Shown here piece by piece: positions 12,610 to 24,300 of a DNA stretch of 64,000 bases; the stretch's first letter is position 1, and each line of letters opens with the position of its first letter. The DNA comes from Octopus sinensis (taxonomy: Eukaryota). A program made the translations under genes and the position numbers. Where the stretch lies: the NCBI RefSeq assembly GCF_006345805.1, contig NC_043025.1, positions 2,604,001-2,668,000 on the forward strand, in the 5' to 3' direction. Below the pieces are notes generated by a model. That model worked only from the letters and a program-made list of their open reading frames with translations. It searched no databases and was not told the origin of the DNA.

Positions 12610-15600
12610 CCTTAAATCCTTAAAAATGATTTAGCCCGATGGCCGCGGCCATGCTGGGGCACCACCGTTGAATGAGCTACACTAATTTGTGAATCCACCT
12701 CTGATACGTGGCACTTGATCAACAAGGGAGTTCGATGCTGCTGCCCGCATCCGCGTCTCCTGTCGTGAGGTAGGTTCATCTGGGACTCCCAACAAGAAGA
12801 GATCCAGTTTAGTTTTAAAGAAACCCACATCTACACCATGTAAGTCACTCAGGCATTTAGGGAGGATATTAAAGAGCTGTGGTCCTCTGAAACCCAAGCT
12901 GTTGCAGTATCTGGACCTGTATCTTGATGGTGATGTTGGAATACTTGGCACCATGCAGTGGCGCCCCGTTCTGTGGTTGGGGTAACTTTGAATGCTAAAG
13001 TTTGGGACAAGACCCTCCAGGATATTCCAGATGTATATCACCGCATATCTCTCCCACCTCCGCTCTGGGGAGAAGAGGTTTAATACCTTCAGTCTTTCCC
13101 AGTAGCTGATATTTTGCATTGAGAGGATTTTCTTTGTGTAGCTTCTCTGAATTGCTTCGAGTTCTGCTGTTAGTTTTATATTGTGTGGTGACCACAGTTG
13201 GGAGCAGTAGTCCAAGCGACTGAGGACGAATGTTTTCCATAGGACCATCAGTGTCTCCTTCTCTCTTGTTCTGAAAGTTCGGAGAATCCATCCAGCCAGC
13301 CGTCTGCATTTTATCACCAGATTAGCAATATGCACTTGGAAAGATGCATCATTGCTCATGTCAATGCCCAGGTCACGCATTGATTTTAACTCAGGGATTG
13401 CAATTCTTCCTTGGCCAGTGTATCCAGTCTGCACGTCGTTTACCTTTGTGTGCCAGTAGGGTAGGGCCTGGAACTTACCTGCATTAAACTGCATGTTGTT
13501 GTCCTCAGCCCACCTGTATATTGTGTCCAGCTCCTGTTGCAGATGCGCAATATTTTCAGGGTTTTGTATTGCGTGGAGACTTTTGTGTCATCTGCATAGC
13601 TAGGTCATCGTAGTAACTGAAGGCATGTTTGAAAGGGCAACTATGAACATCAGTGGCCCCAAGACAGTGCCCTGTGGGACAGCGCTTGTTATTTGCGTTT
13701 CCTTGGAGGTGGCTCCATTGCTCACAACTGCCTGTTTTCTGTCTTTTAGGAAGTTGTGCAGCCACTCTCCAAGTTTTCCGCCTATGCCGAGACCACGCAG
13801 TTTGTGACAGATCATACCATGGTCGACCTTACCAAAGGCCTTTGCAAAGTCGAGATATATTACATCCACATTTGAGCCATTTAGTAGCTGTTTCAACACC
13901 CAGTCATAGTGTTGCCGGAGCTGTGTTAGGCAGCCTCTACCTGGTCGAAATCCATGCTGGGTGTCAGACAGCAAGTCATTTTCTTCAAGGAACATGATTA
14001 TTTTCTTACGGACTATTCGTTTCATGACTTTGCTGATGTGTGAGGTCAGAGAGATAGGCCTATAATTTTTAGCATCTGCTCTGCTACCTCCCTTATGGAT
14101 AGGGCATATTACCCCCTCTTTCAATTTGACTGGGAGCTTACCACTTGCAAGAAAGCTCTGACAAAGAAGCTGTTGCGGTTTTGCAAGGGCTCGTTTGCAC
14201 GATTTGAGAAGGATCGCTGGGAATCCATCAGGTCCAACAGCTGAGGTTGTGTCAATCACATCTATGGCTAGTGTGATATCATCATCTTCCATGTTGATGT
14301 ACTCAATTTTTGCCTCTTTGGCTGCAGGTAAAGTGGCAAAGAATTCTTCTGGGTTGTGTACTTGCCTGTGTCCTAGAGGTGTAGTAAACACACTTTGGAA
14401 CTGTTCGTTCAGTATTTCACTTATCCTCAAGGGATTTCCTGTGAGAGAGCCATCTTTTTGGAAGAGAGGACCTATTCTCTGGCGCACTGTGGCTGTCTCT
14501 TTGGCAAACTTAAAGAAAGCTTTAGGGTTTGATTTTATATTTTCTATTACCCAAGCTTCTTTATCTGCTCTCTCCTTTTCATGGGACTGATGTAGACTTT
14601 TCTCAGTTTCCATTAGCATTCTTTCGAGCCGAGACTTCTCACCACTTTTGGTGTGCTTGCTCAGGCGGTTCGCAATCCTTGTCCGTCGTCTCACAAGAAT
14701 CCTCCTTTCTCTAGGGATCCTGTTTTTGTTCTTGTGTGTGCTGGCCCTGCACACTGGGACATATTTGTCACATATGGCTTGTATTATGGACATGAAGTGT
14801 TTGTGTTTCATGTTTTTATCCGGTGTGGAGAGACATTCAGGCCAATCCTGTTTGAGGATCTCTTTCTCAATCAACTTCCAGTTGGCTTTATGAAAGTTGG
14901 AGAGATTGTGGATGCTTCGTATAGGCTGTGTGTCTACGGGGGCTTTTGTTCCATACATAGACAGCTCTATTATGTTGTGATCCGAGATCATTGTCGGCAT
15001 CACATTAACATTATGGATAATATCCATATTGTTTGTGAAGCAGAGATCCAGTATATTATCTGTCCTTGTTGGTTGCAGAACTATTTGCTGCATGAAAGAG
15101 GCATTTGTGAGATGGAGCAGGGACTCCACCTGTTCTTGCTGATGGTGTGTTATCCTGGGAGCATCTGCCCCCCAGGCCATTCCACATTGGGGAGGTTAAA
15201 GTCACCCATGAAGAATACACTGTTGTGTTGTTCAAGGTTAGTGAGGACTTCTCCTATTTTTGTTAGGCAGTCTTCAAACATGCCTGAGTGTTTTGGGGCA
15301 TCTGGTGGGCGATATGTAGTGCATATGACGATTTTCAGTTGTCTTATGTGTACAATTTGAGTTTCACATACTGAGTTTGAATATGACAGCAGGACCTGGG
15401 GCGTGAGGTAATCTCGGATGTACATTGCAACTCCACCATGGCTCCTCCCTTTTCTATCTGTGCGTATGACTGCATATTGCGGCATGTGTATTTCTGCATC
15501 ACCTATATCGGGTTCAAGATGCGTTTCTGTGAGTGCCATGCATATAGCTTGATTGCATGTCACAAGGTCTCTCAGGAATGAGATTTTCCTTTTACAGTTT

Positions 15601-16270
15601 CCGCGCAGCAGCCCTCCAACATTCAGTAGAAATATTTTTGTGGTGTGTGTGTTGGTGTTGGTGTCTGTGGTGGCCATCTTGCATCTGTTGGTGGTGGCCT
15701 TATGTGGTGGCCTTATGTGGTGGCAGTTCCAGCTTTGTGTTTGTAGCCAGGTCAGCTGCTGAACAATTTTTTGTGTCATGCACAAAAATGATTGCTGTTC
15801 AGCTGCTGCCCTTCTCACATCTGGGTGAAACTAGCCATTTTTTGGGTTACCGCGCACCACATCCGCATATCGTCTTCCAGGAGTGGTCAGTGCGCTTTTT
15901 TCCCTTCTTTTATATTTTTCTTTTTGTTCTCCCCGAGGGAGGGACCCCTGTCTCGCGTCCGTGCGGTTTTGGTAGGGCCTCTGATGTGCAAAACGACACT
16001 TCGCACCTTCGACGCCGTACCAGCAGTCCCCCTTCAGGTAGAATTTGCAGATGTTTCTTTCTTTGCCCTTATAATTCTTGCTGGGATCCTTTTGTTTTCT
16101 CTGGACAGGGTTTCTTTTAGCTTTGATTTTGTCCCCTTTTACCTCCTGTTTCCCATCAATTTTAGGGTGCTTTTCTTTTCTTGCGGCCATCGCACCTCTT
16201 TGGTCTTTAGTTCCGGTGTTGGGAGCTGGACATGTGTCATTGTTTCCCTGTGTTCTAGGTTTCTCAGTTT
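12606..16270 (-). mobile_element. CR1/L2-group LINE, longest copy (copy 3): ORF1 remnant plus frameshifted APE-RT ORF2
   Basis: ORF1 end with CCCH finger ([22 protein letters not shown]); APE motifs LNVGGL, LTETHL, GGVAMYI, GDFNLP, SDHN; RT motifs; (TTTAAGGA)-type tail; (TA)n on both sides. Confidence 0.92.
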
Positions 16271-16304
16271 TATATACATATATAGTTATATATAATATAT
16301 ATAT

Positions 16305-16351
<47 letters not shown>

Positions 16352-16438
16352 TAGTTATATATATATACATATATACATATATATATATATATGCATATAT
16401 ACATATATACATAAATATATACATATATATATATATAT

Positions 16439-16476
<38 letters not shown>

Positions 16477-16486
16477 ATATATATAT

Positions 16487-16572
<86 letters not shown>

Positions 16573-16576
16573 TATA

Positions 16577-17290
16577 TAAATATACAATTAAAAATGACAC
16601 CACCATGCCGAAATAGCAGTCGAAAATCTGACTATAAAATCCACGTTAAATGTTCATATCGTACCATGAGATAAGACAGATGGACAAAATAGACAAGCAA
16701 AAGTTATTGAATAATTCAAGATCCAGGATTTCTGGTTTTGCTTTAAATAAGCTTTACCGTCATCAATTGAATATATCAAGGGTACATAAAGACAGATATA
16801 TATATATATGCAGAGCAAACGATATACTTACATATACAAACGTCCATACATACATACATATGTACGTATGCACACGGCCAGTTAAATTGCCCGCCAAAAC
16901 ATCCCATAAGCACGATATGGTTAAAATAAACACCGCAGTGAATATAATAACGAATTATATAAATTTATAAATGAGGATTATATCGATATTTAAATATCGA
17001 TATTATCAAGTGGCCAGCATGGGAAAGATAACCGTAGAAAGGTAATAATTTTTTACAATTAAAAATGAGGGTGTCATTCAATAACTTTTGCTTGTCTATT
17101 TTGTCCCTCTGTCTTATCTCATGGTACGATATGAACATTTAACGTGGATTTTATAGTCAGAGTTTCGACTGCTATTTCGGCATGGTGGTGTCTCTCAGAC
17201 ACCCTCAATTTTAATTGTAAAAAATTATTACCGTTGCACGGTATTCTTTCCCATACTGGCCACTTGATAATATCGATATTTAAATATCAT
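16577..17290. repeat. Interleaved inverted repeats adjoining a Penelope RT fragment
   Basis: ~16590-16712 is the reverse complement of ~17077-17195; ~16985-17075 is the reverse complement of ~17198-17290. Confidence 0.7.
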
Positions 17291-17645
17291 CCAAATGAAG
17301 CAATCATCCAAATACCTCTTCCAGTTCTCCTTTAAATAGCAATTAAAAGAGGTGCCATAATTTTCTAGTGATGATTTGTATAACTTAAGTTCTAGGTAAC
17401 CCATTACAAGCTCTGCAATCACTACAGTATCTCTGGTTCCCATTGCAATTCCACATTTTTGTCGATAGTAAGTTATATCGAACATGAAGTAGTTGTTCAG
17501 CAAGAGGAATTTGAGAGGCTTCGATTATGAATCTGTGGTTGATGCATCCTGAGATCTCTTCTGGGTATTTTTCTAGCCGGAATGTGATTGTTTCTCTACC
17601 ATAGTCATGTGGGGTATTGGTGTACAGATTCACCACATCGACAGA
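17290..17645 (-). pseudogene. Penelope-type RT fragment
   Basis: VNLYTNTPHDYG, NNYFMFD..YRQKCGIAMGT, WKRYLDDCFIW; related to the RT at 2.9-3.3 kb. Confidence 0.85.
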
Positions 17646-20195
17646 AATTTATTAAATAACCGTATAAAATTAGGTTTGTCTTGTTTCCACTCAAAATTCA
17701 AAACTCTAAAATATTTTAAATAAAAATCGTATAGAATAACCGTATAGAGTTAGGTTCTATCTTGTATTCACTCAATAATAAAAACTATAAAATAATTTAA
17801 ATAGTAATCTGTGAGCTCTTCCACTGGTGTTCTTTCTTTCTAACTGTACCTGTTTAAAACATAAAAATAAATAGTATTTGTACGATGCTAAGTTTTAATT
17901 GACTATATAGGCAATTTAATTAACCTAACTTAAATAAAATAAACTGCTAATATTTCCTAATTCTATTCTAAATTTAATAGTTAATACAATTCCCTTAATG
18001 ATACAAGTAATTTTCACTATATACTTTGAATGAGTAAAATTCTCCCACCATTTACTATAGAAGTTGACCTCTAGATGTTGACCTAAATTCTTTCTTACAA
18101 TATATAAACATAAGTTAAAATAGAAACAATAATAAATAAATAAGCTTCTATTCTAGTGTTACCCTTAACTTTCTTACTGTATCTTCCTCTGCTGATAGCC
18201 TTTGACCCCATTAATGTTTTCCTTTGATCTCTCTGTATTCTTTATCCTACCATTAACTCTGTGAGCGTCTCAGTTCATAGCTGTTGCTGGTCAAAATTAA
18301 TGTTCCTTTGTAATTCACAGATTCCTGCAACACTGACCTAGATTTTCTGTCACCACAGAAATAAACTAAACTTTGTCTGTGGTATAATTATGCCTTCTTA
18401 CTCCCCTACTTCCTTCCTCCCATAATGTCCTTAATTGGGCGGATTCTGCTTCATTGACTTTCTCGCAACTACAACCAAATCTTTTTTGCAACAACTTAGT
18501 TGTGAAATGAATAGGTGTGTGTTCAACATCTTTCCTCATGTCTCCGGAAATTACATCTGCATTATTATGGATGGATTCACCTTCTCTGAGAAGTTAACAA
18601 TCATTTTAAAAACTTTTTATAAAACTGTGCATCATTAGAAAACATTTTATGTCTGCTTATAATCTGACTTTAAATTTCATAGAACACACTCCTAATACTT
18701 CATAAGGATAGCCACACTCTCTAGGATGTCTGGAAAACAAATATGTGATTTAGCTGATGAATACGGGACATTTCTATTTGCTGCAATATTTGCGGCTTTA
18801 AATAAAATTCTTCTTAGGATGAAACAATTGTACTAGACTACTAATCCATTCTTGATGCTTTTTTCTAGGTTATAATCACACCCCATTATTCTTTGGTTAA
18901 TAACATAAAGAATTCTGGTGCATCTAAGTTAAGTACCACATTCACTTGAATTCATTGGAATTCACTTGAATCTTAATTGTTTTACTGAAATTATATATAT
19001 ATATATTTAATCCAAACAAGAAAGCACAAAAAACACAACAACGCGAGGACGTGGAACAAATATAGTATTATATATCTATACCTGTTTGCGTGTGTGTGTG
19101 TATTTGTGTATACATAATTATATTAAGTAACGAACTGATGGATCTGGTATTAAATTTTATTCTGTACAACGTTTGTTTCGACCCGTCTTGCTATTGTTCT
19201 TTATGCGTGGGACTCTGTTCAACGTGTTGTGCTGCATCGATCAGTCTGGATCCCATCAGGCACATCGATAAAGTTGTGTGTGGCTAAAGATTTCGAGTGT
19301 CAACTGGCATGTTCTTATATTGCCATCTAGTTGGGGAACGAATAAAATACAAATAAGACTGCAGACATGCAAAAGATTCAAATATGAACGAGGAAGTCTT
19401 GCGTTCCTCTTTAGATAAAGTGACCTAATGAGCTTTCGCTTTCATAACTGCTTAGAGGGAAAAGAAAGTAGTAGAAGAGAAAGAAGAAAGAAAATAGGGA
19501 GAAGAGGAAAACGAATACTCAGTCAAAAATAAATGTAATTAGTGGAGATCTTATTCCTTGTCTCTCTGCAGTGGAGATCTTATTCCTTGTCAGCCGTGTA
19601 TACCTCTGTTCCTCACTCTGAGATGCTCTGGCTTTTTCGTAGTGCACAGTCTGTTCGTTTCTTGGTATGCTTCCCTTTCTGCAGCTGTCTCTCTTTCCCT
19701 GGACAGAGACATTCTTTTGGCTTTACCTTGACATTTTAGACAAATTTGACACCTTCCTTCTAGGCATGGTTATACAGAAATACACGGCCAAGAAGATAGT
19801 AAACAATGAAAATAAACTGGGTAACGAAAATTATATTTCTTAATACAACGAGCAGAACATTAACAAGATAGTTTTACGGACAATAAAGAATTGTACGTGT
19901 TGAAGTGAAATTTGTCACTAACTTAACCAAAGTGCCAGTATCGAAGGAACCAGAAAAAAGCCATTAACAACAGATAAACAAAAAACCGGCGCAAAAGTAA
20001 AAAAGAAATTTTTAGGGAAATTAATTATGTGCTCGGGTTTAAGTGAAATGTTTGAAGTTACTCCTGTCAGTAAATTATGAACTTACATTTAACAGTAATT
20101 CCGTCAACAACAACAAAAACAAAACACAGAACGTTGCAAAATTAAATAAGAAATTTACCGAAGTGTACGGATTGAAGTGGAATTTATGAAGTTAA

Positions 20196-21234
20196 AGCCT
20201 CCAGGAAAATCTACAGAGAAATAGAAAGATTCCAGCATCTCACCTCAAACTTTTCTTACCAACTGTCTTTAATGACTGCATCAGTGATCCCTTTCTGCTC
20301 ATTGGTAATGGTTGCAATGAGTGTGTGGTTCATGTCATCTTTCTGCTCAACCCGTAACATTCCAATTGGTTCAAGCAAGCTAATATTAAACCAACTAGTG
20401 CAATTTTCAATTAACACAGAATTTATGGAGTGTAGAGTCTGCATTCAGCCCTCGCTGAACATAATCTTCCTTCATAGAATTCTTGTCAGTATTCCACAGG
20501 CGAAGAACATTGGAAGGATTTGCATAGTTTCAGAGGACAGGAAAAGTAATACGCAACTGAAATGGCATCCGATACGCAGCAGCTTCAAGTAGAGTATGCT
20601 CCAAACCCTCATCATTTTGGAGGAGACCAACTCATATGGACGCATCTTTAAATGTTGCATAGATTTCACCTCCTACAGTGCTCACTTCTTCAAAGCTCTT
20701 AGCACCTGGAACATCCAAAATAGCAATCGTAAATGAAATATTTCTACGTCCTTAGGACTCACTGTGTTCATTCTGCAGCCGATGTTATTGTTTCTTCTCC
20801 TGAGTGTTCATGATTTTGTACGTTCATTAAACACATAACTTTTAGGAATTTTAGGGTAGAAGTACTTCCGTTAATCGTACTCATTCAGTTTGAACCATGC
20901 AGTGAGAGTATTGTCACGATCTCTCTGTTCTTGAGCAGGTTGCTAAGTGCTACCTCTGTGAAAGCTCAGTCTCCGCTGGTCTTCAAAGTGAACTGCTAAA
21001 CTGTAGACAGTGTGGGACTAGTCATGCAGCTTCTACGTAGGCATTCTCCACATGGCTTCAGAAGGTGAAACATATCAACACGCAAAATAATTTCTGATTT
21101 AGCCTTGGGGTTGCTGAGTCTGTCCACCTTCTGCAACTGCATCATTCCTTACTTCAACTGAAGCGCTATCACGACCGTTGTAGACATTATTGCATATGTA
21201 GTTGATATTTTTACGGAGGAGCAAACTTCTACAT
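20196..21234 (-). pseudogene. Helitron RepHel fragment: end of Rep domain, linker, up to the helicase Walker A region
   Basis: Manual translation: VEVCSSVK, YNGRDSASV, IRNYF..YVSPSEAMWR, SHTVYSLAVHFEDQ, TLTAWFKLNE, TNEQKGITDAVI, VDFPGG; many stops and frameshifts; cut by the N gap. Confidence 0.85.
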
Positions 21235-21334
21235 NNNNNNNNNNNNNNNNNNNNNNNNNNNNNNNNNNNNNNNNNNNNNNNNNNNNNNNNNNNNNNNNNN
21301 NNNNNNNNNNNNNNNNNNNNNNNNNNNNNNNNNN
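21235..21334. other. Assembly gap (100 N)
   Basis: Run of N. True size and relative orientation of the two flanks are unknown. Confidence 0.99.
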
Positions 21335-24300
21335 TGCTGAAACATACGGGCACTCGCAATACACAGAACGCTGCTGCTACTGCCAAAGCAAGAGCCTCGA
21401 GACGCTGAAGACTGGGCACTCTTGCATACACAGAACGCTGCTGCTACTGCAAAGCAAGAGGCTCCGAGACTGCTGAACAATGGGCACTCCGCAATACACA
21501 GAACGCTGATGCTACTGCCAAGCAAGAGCCTCCGAGACTGCTGGAACAATGGACTCCGCAATACACAGAAGCGCTGCTGCTACTGCCCACAAAGCAAGAG
21601 GCTCTCCGAGACTGCTGAACAATGGGCACTCCGCAATACACAGAACGCTGCTGCTACTGCCAAGCAAGAGACTCCGAGACTGCTGAACAACGGGCACTCC
21701 GCAATACACAGAACGCTGCTGCTACTGCCAAAGCAAGAGCCTCCGAGACTGCTGAACAATGGGCACTCCGCAATACACAGAACGCTGCTGCTACTGCCAA
21801 AGCAAGAGCCTCCGAGACTGCTGAACAATGGGCACTCCGCAATACACAGAACGCTGCTGCTACTGCCAAAGCAAGAGCCTCCGAGACTGCTGAACAACGG
21901 GCACTCCGCAATACACAGATTTCGCTGCTACTGCCAAAGCAAGAGCTCCGAGACTGCTGAACAATGGGCACTCCGCAATACACAGAACGCTGCTGCTACT
22001 GCCAAAGCAAGAGCCTCCGAGACTGCTGAAACAATGGGCCACTCCGCAATACACAGAACGCTGCTGCTACTGCCAAAGCAAGAGCCTCCGAGACTGCTGA
22101 ACAATAGGCCACCCGCAATATACAGAACGCTGCTGCTACTGCCAAAGCAAGAGACTCCGAGACTGCTGAACAATGGGCACTCCGCAATACACAGAACGCT
22201 GCTGCTACTGCCAAAGCAAGAGCCTCCGAGACTGCTGAACAATGGGCACTCCGCAATACACAGAACGCTGCTGCTACTGCCAATGCGAGAGCCTCCGAGA
22301 CTGCTGAACAATGGGCACTCCGCAATACACAGAACGCTGCTGCTACTGCCAAAGCAAGAGCCTCCGAGACTGCTGAACAACGGGCACTCCGCAATACACA
22401 GAACGCTGCTGCTACTGCCAAATAAGAGCCTCCGAGACTGCTGAACAACGGGCACTCCGCAATACACAGAACGCTGCTGCTACTGCCAAAGCAAGAGCCT
22501 CCGAGACTGCTGAACAACGGGCACTCCGCAATACACACAACGCTGCTGCTACTGCCAAAGCAAGAGCCTCCGAGACTGCTGAACAAAGGGCACTCCGCAA
22601 TACACAGAACGCTGCTGCTACTGCCAAAGCAAGAGCCTCCGAGACTGCTGAACAACGGGCACTCCGCAATACACAGAACGCTGCTGCTACTGCCAAAGCA
22701 AGAGCCTCCGAGACTGCTGAACAACAGGCACTCCGCAATACACAGAACGCTGCTGCTACTGCGAAAGCAAGAGCCTCCGAGACTGCTGAACAACGGGCAC
22801 TCCGCAATACACAGAACGCTGCTGCTACTGCGAAAGCAAGAGCCTCCGAGACTGCTGAACAACGGGCACTCCGCAATACACAGAACGCTGCTGCTACTGC
22901 CAATGCGAGAGCCTCCGAGACTGCTGAACAACGGGCACTCCGCAATACACAGAACGCTGCTGCTACTGCCAATGCGAGAGCCTCCGAGACTGCTGAACAA
23001 CGGGCACTCCGCAATACACAGAACGCTGCTACTGCCAATGCAAGAGCCTCCGAGACTGCTGAACAACGGGCACTCCGCAATACACAAACGCTGCTGCTAT
23101 GCCAAAGCAAGAGCCTCCGAGACTGCTGAACAACGGGCACTCCGCAATACCAGAACGCTGCTGCTACTGCCAATGCGAGAGCCTCCGAGACTGCTGAACA
23201 ATGGGCACTCCGCAATACACAGAACGCTGCTGCTACTGCCAAAGCAAGAGCCTCCGAGACTGCTGAACAATGGGCACTCCGCAATACACAGAACGCTGCT
23301 GCTACTGCCAAAGCAAGAGCCTCCGAGACTGCTGAACAATGGGCACTCCGCAATACACAGAACGCTGCTGCTACTGCCAAAGCAAGAGCCTCCGAGACTG
23401 CTGAACAACGGGCACTCCGCAATACACAGAACGCTGCTGCTACTGCCAAAGCAAGAGCCTCCGAGACTGCTGAACAATGGGCACTCCGCAATACACAGAA
23501 CGCTGCTGCTACTGCCAAAGCAAGAGCCTCCGAGACTGCTGAACAACGGGCACTCCGCAATACACAGAACGCTGCTGCTACTGCCAAAGCAAGAGCCTCC
23601 GAGACTGCTGAACAACGGGCACTCCGCAATACACAGAACGCTGCTGCTACTGCCAATGCGAGCCTCCGAGACTGCTGAACAAGGGCACTCCGCAATACAC
23701 AGAACGCTGCTGCTACTGCCAAAGCAAGAGCCTCCGAGACTGCTGAACAATGGGCACTCCGCAATACACAGAACGCTGCTGCTACTGCCAAAGCAAGAGC
23801 CTCCGAGACTGCTGAACAATGGGCACTCCGCAATACACAGAACGCTGCTGCTACTGCCAAAGCAAGAGCCTCCGAGACTGCTGAACAATGGGCACTCCGC
23901 AATACACAGAACGCTGCTGCTACTGCCAAGCAAGAGCCTCCGAGACTGCTGAACAATGGGCACTCCGCAATACACAGAACGCTGCTGCTACTGCCAAAGC
24001 AAGAGCCTCCGAGACTGCTGAACAATGGGCACTCCGCAATACACAGAACGCTGCTGCTACTGCACCAAAGCAAGAGCCTCCGAGACTGCTGAACAATGGC
24101 ACTCCGCAATACACAGAACGCTGCTGCTACTGCCAAGCAAGAGCCTCCGAGACTGCTGAACAATGGGCACTCCGCAATACACAGAACGCTGCTGCTACTG
24201 CAAAGCAAGAGCCTCCGAGACTGCTGAACAATGGCACTCCGCAATACACAGAACGCTGCTGCTACTGCCAAGCAAGAGCCTCCGAGACTGCTGAACAATG

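Noticed and set aside
17140-17205. Hammerhead in the 16.6-17.3 kb inverted repeats (minus-strand CTGAGA-GAC...GTC-GAAA)
   Set aside because: The core is one base short and stems I and III do not pair convincingly.
17650-18950. Degraded Penelope N-terminal region upstream of the RT fragment
   Set aside because: Only weak peptide resemblance with many stops; cannot be supported without alignment.
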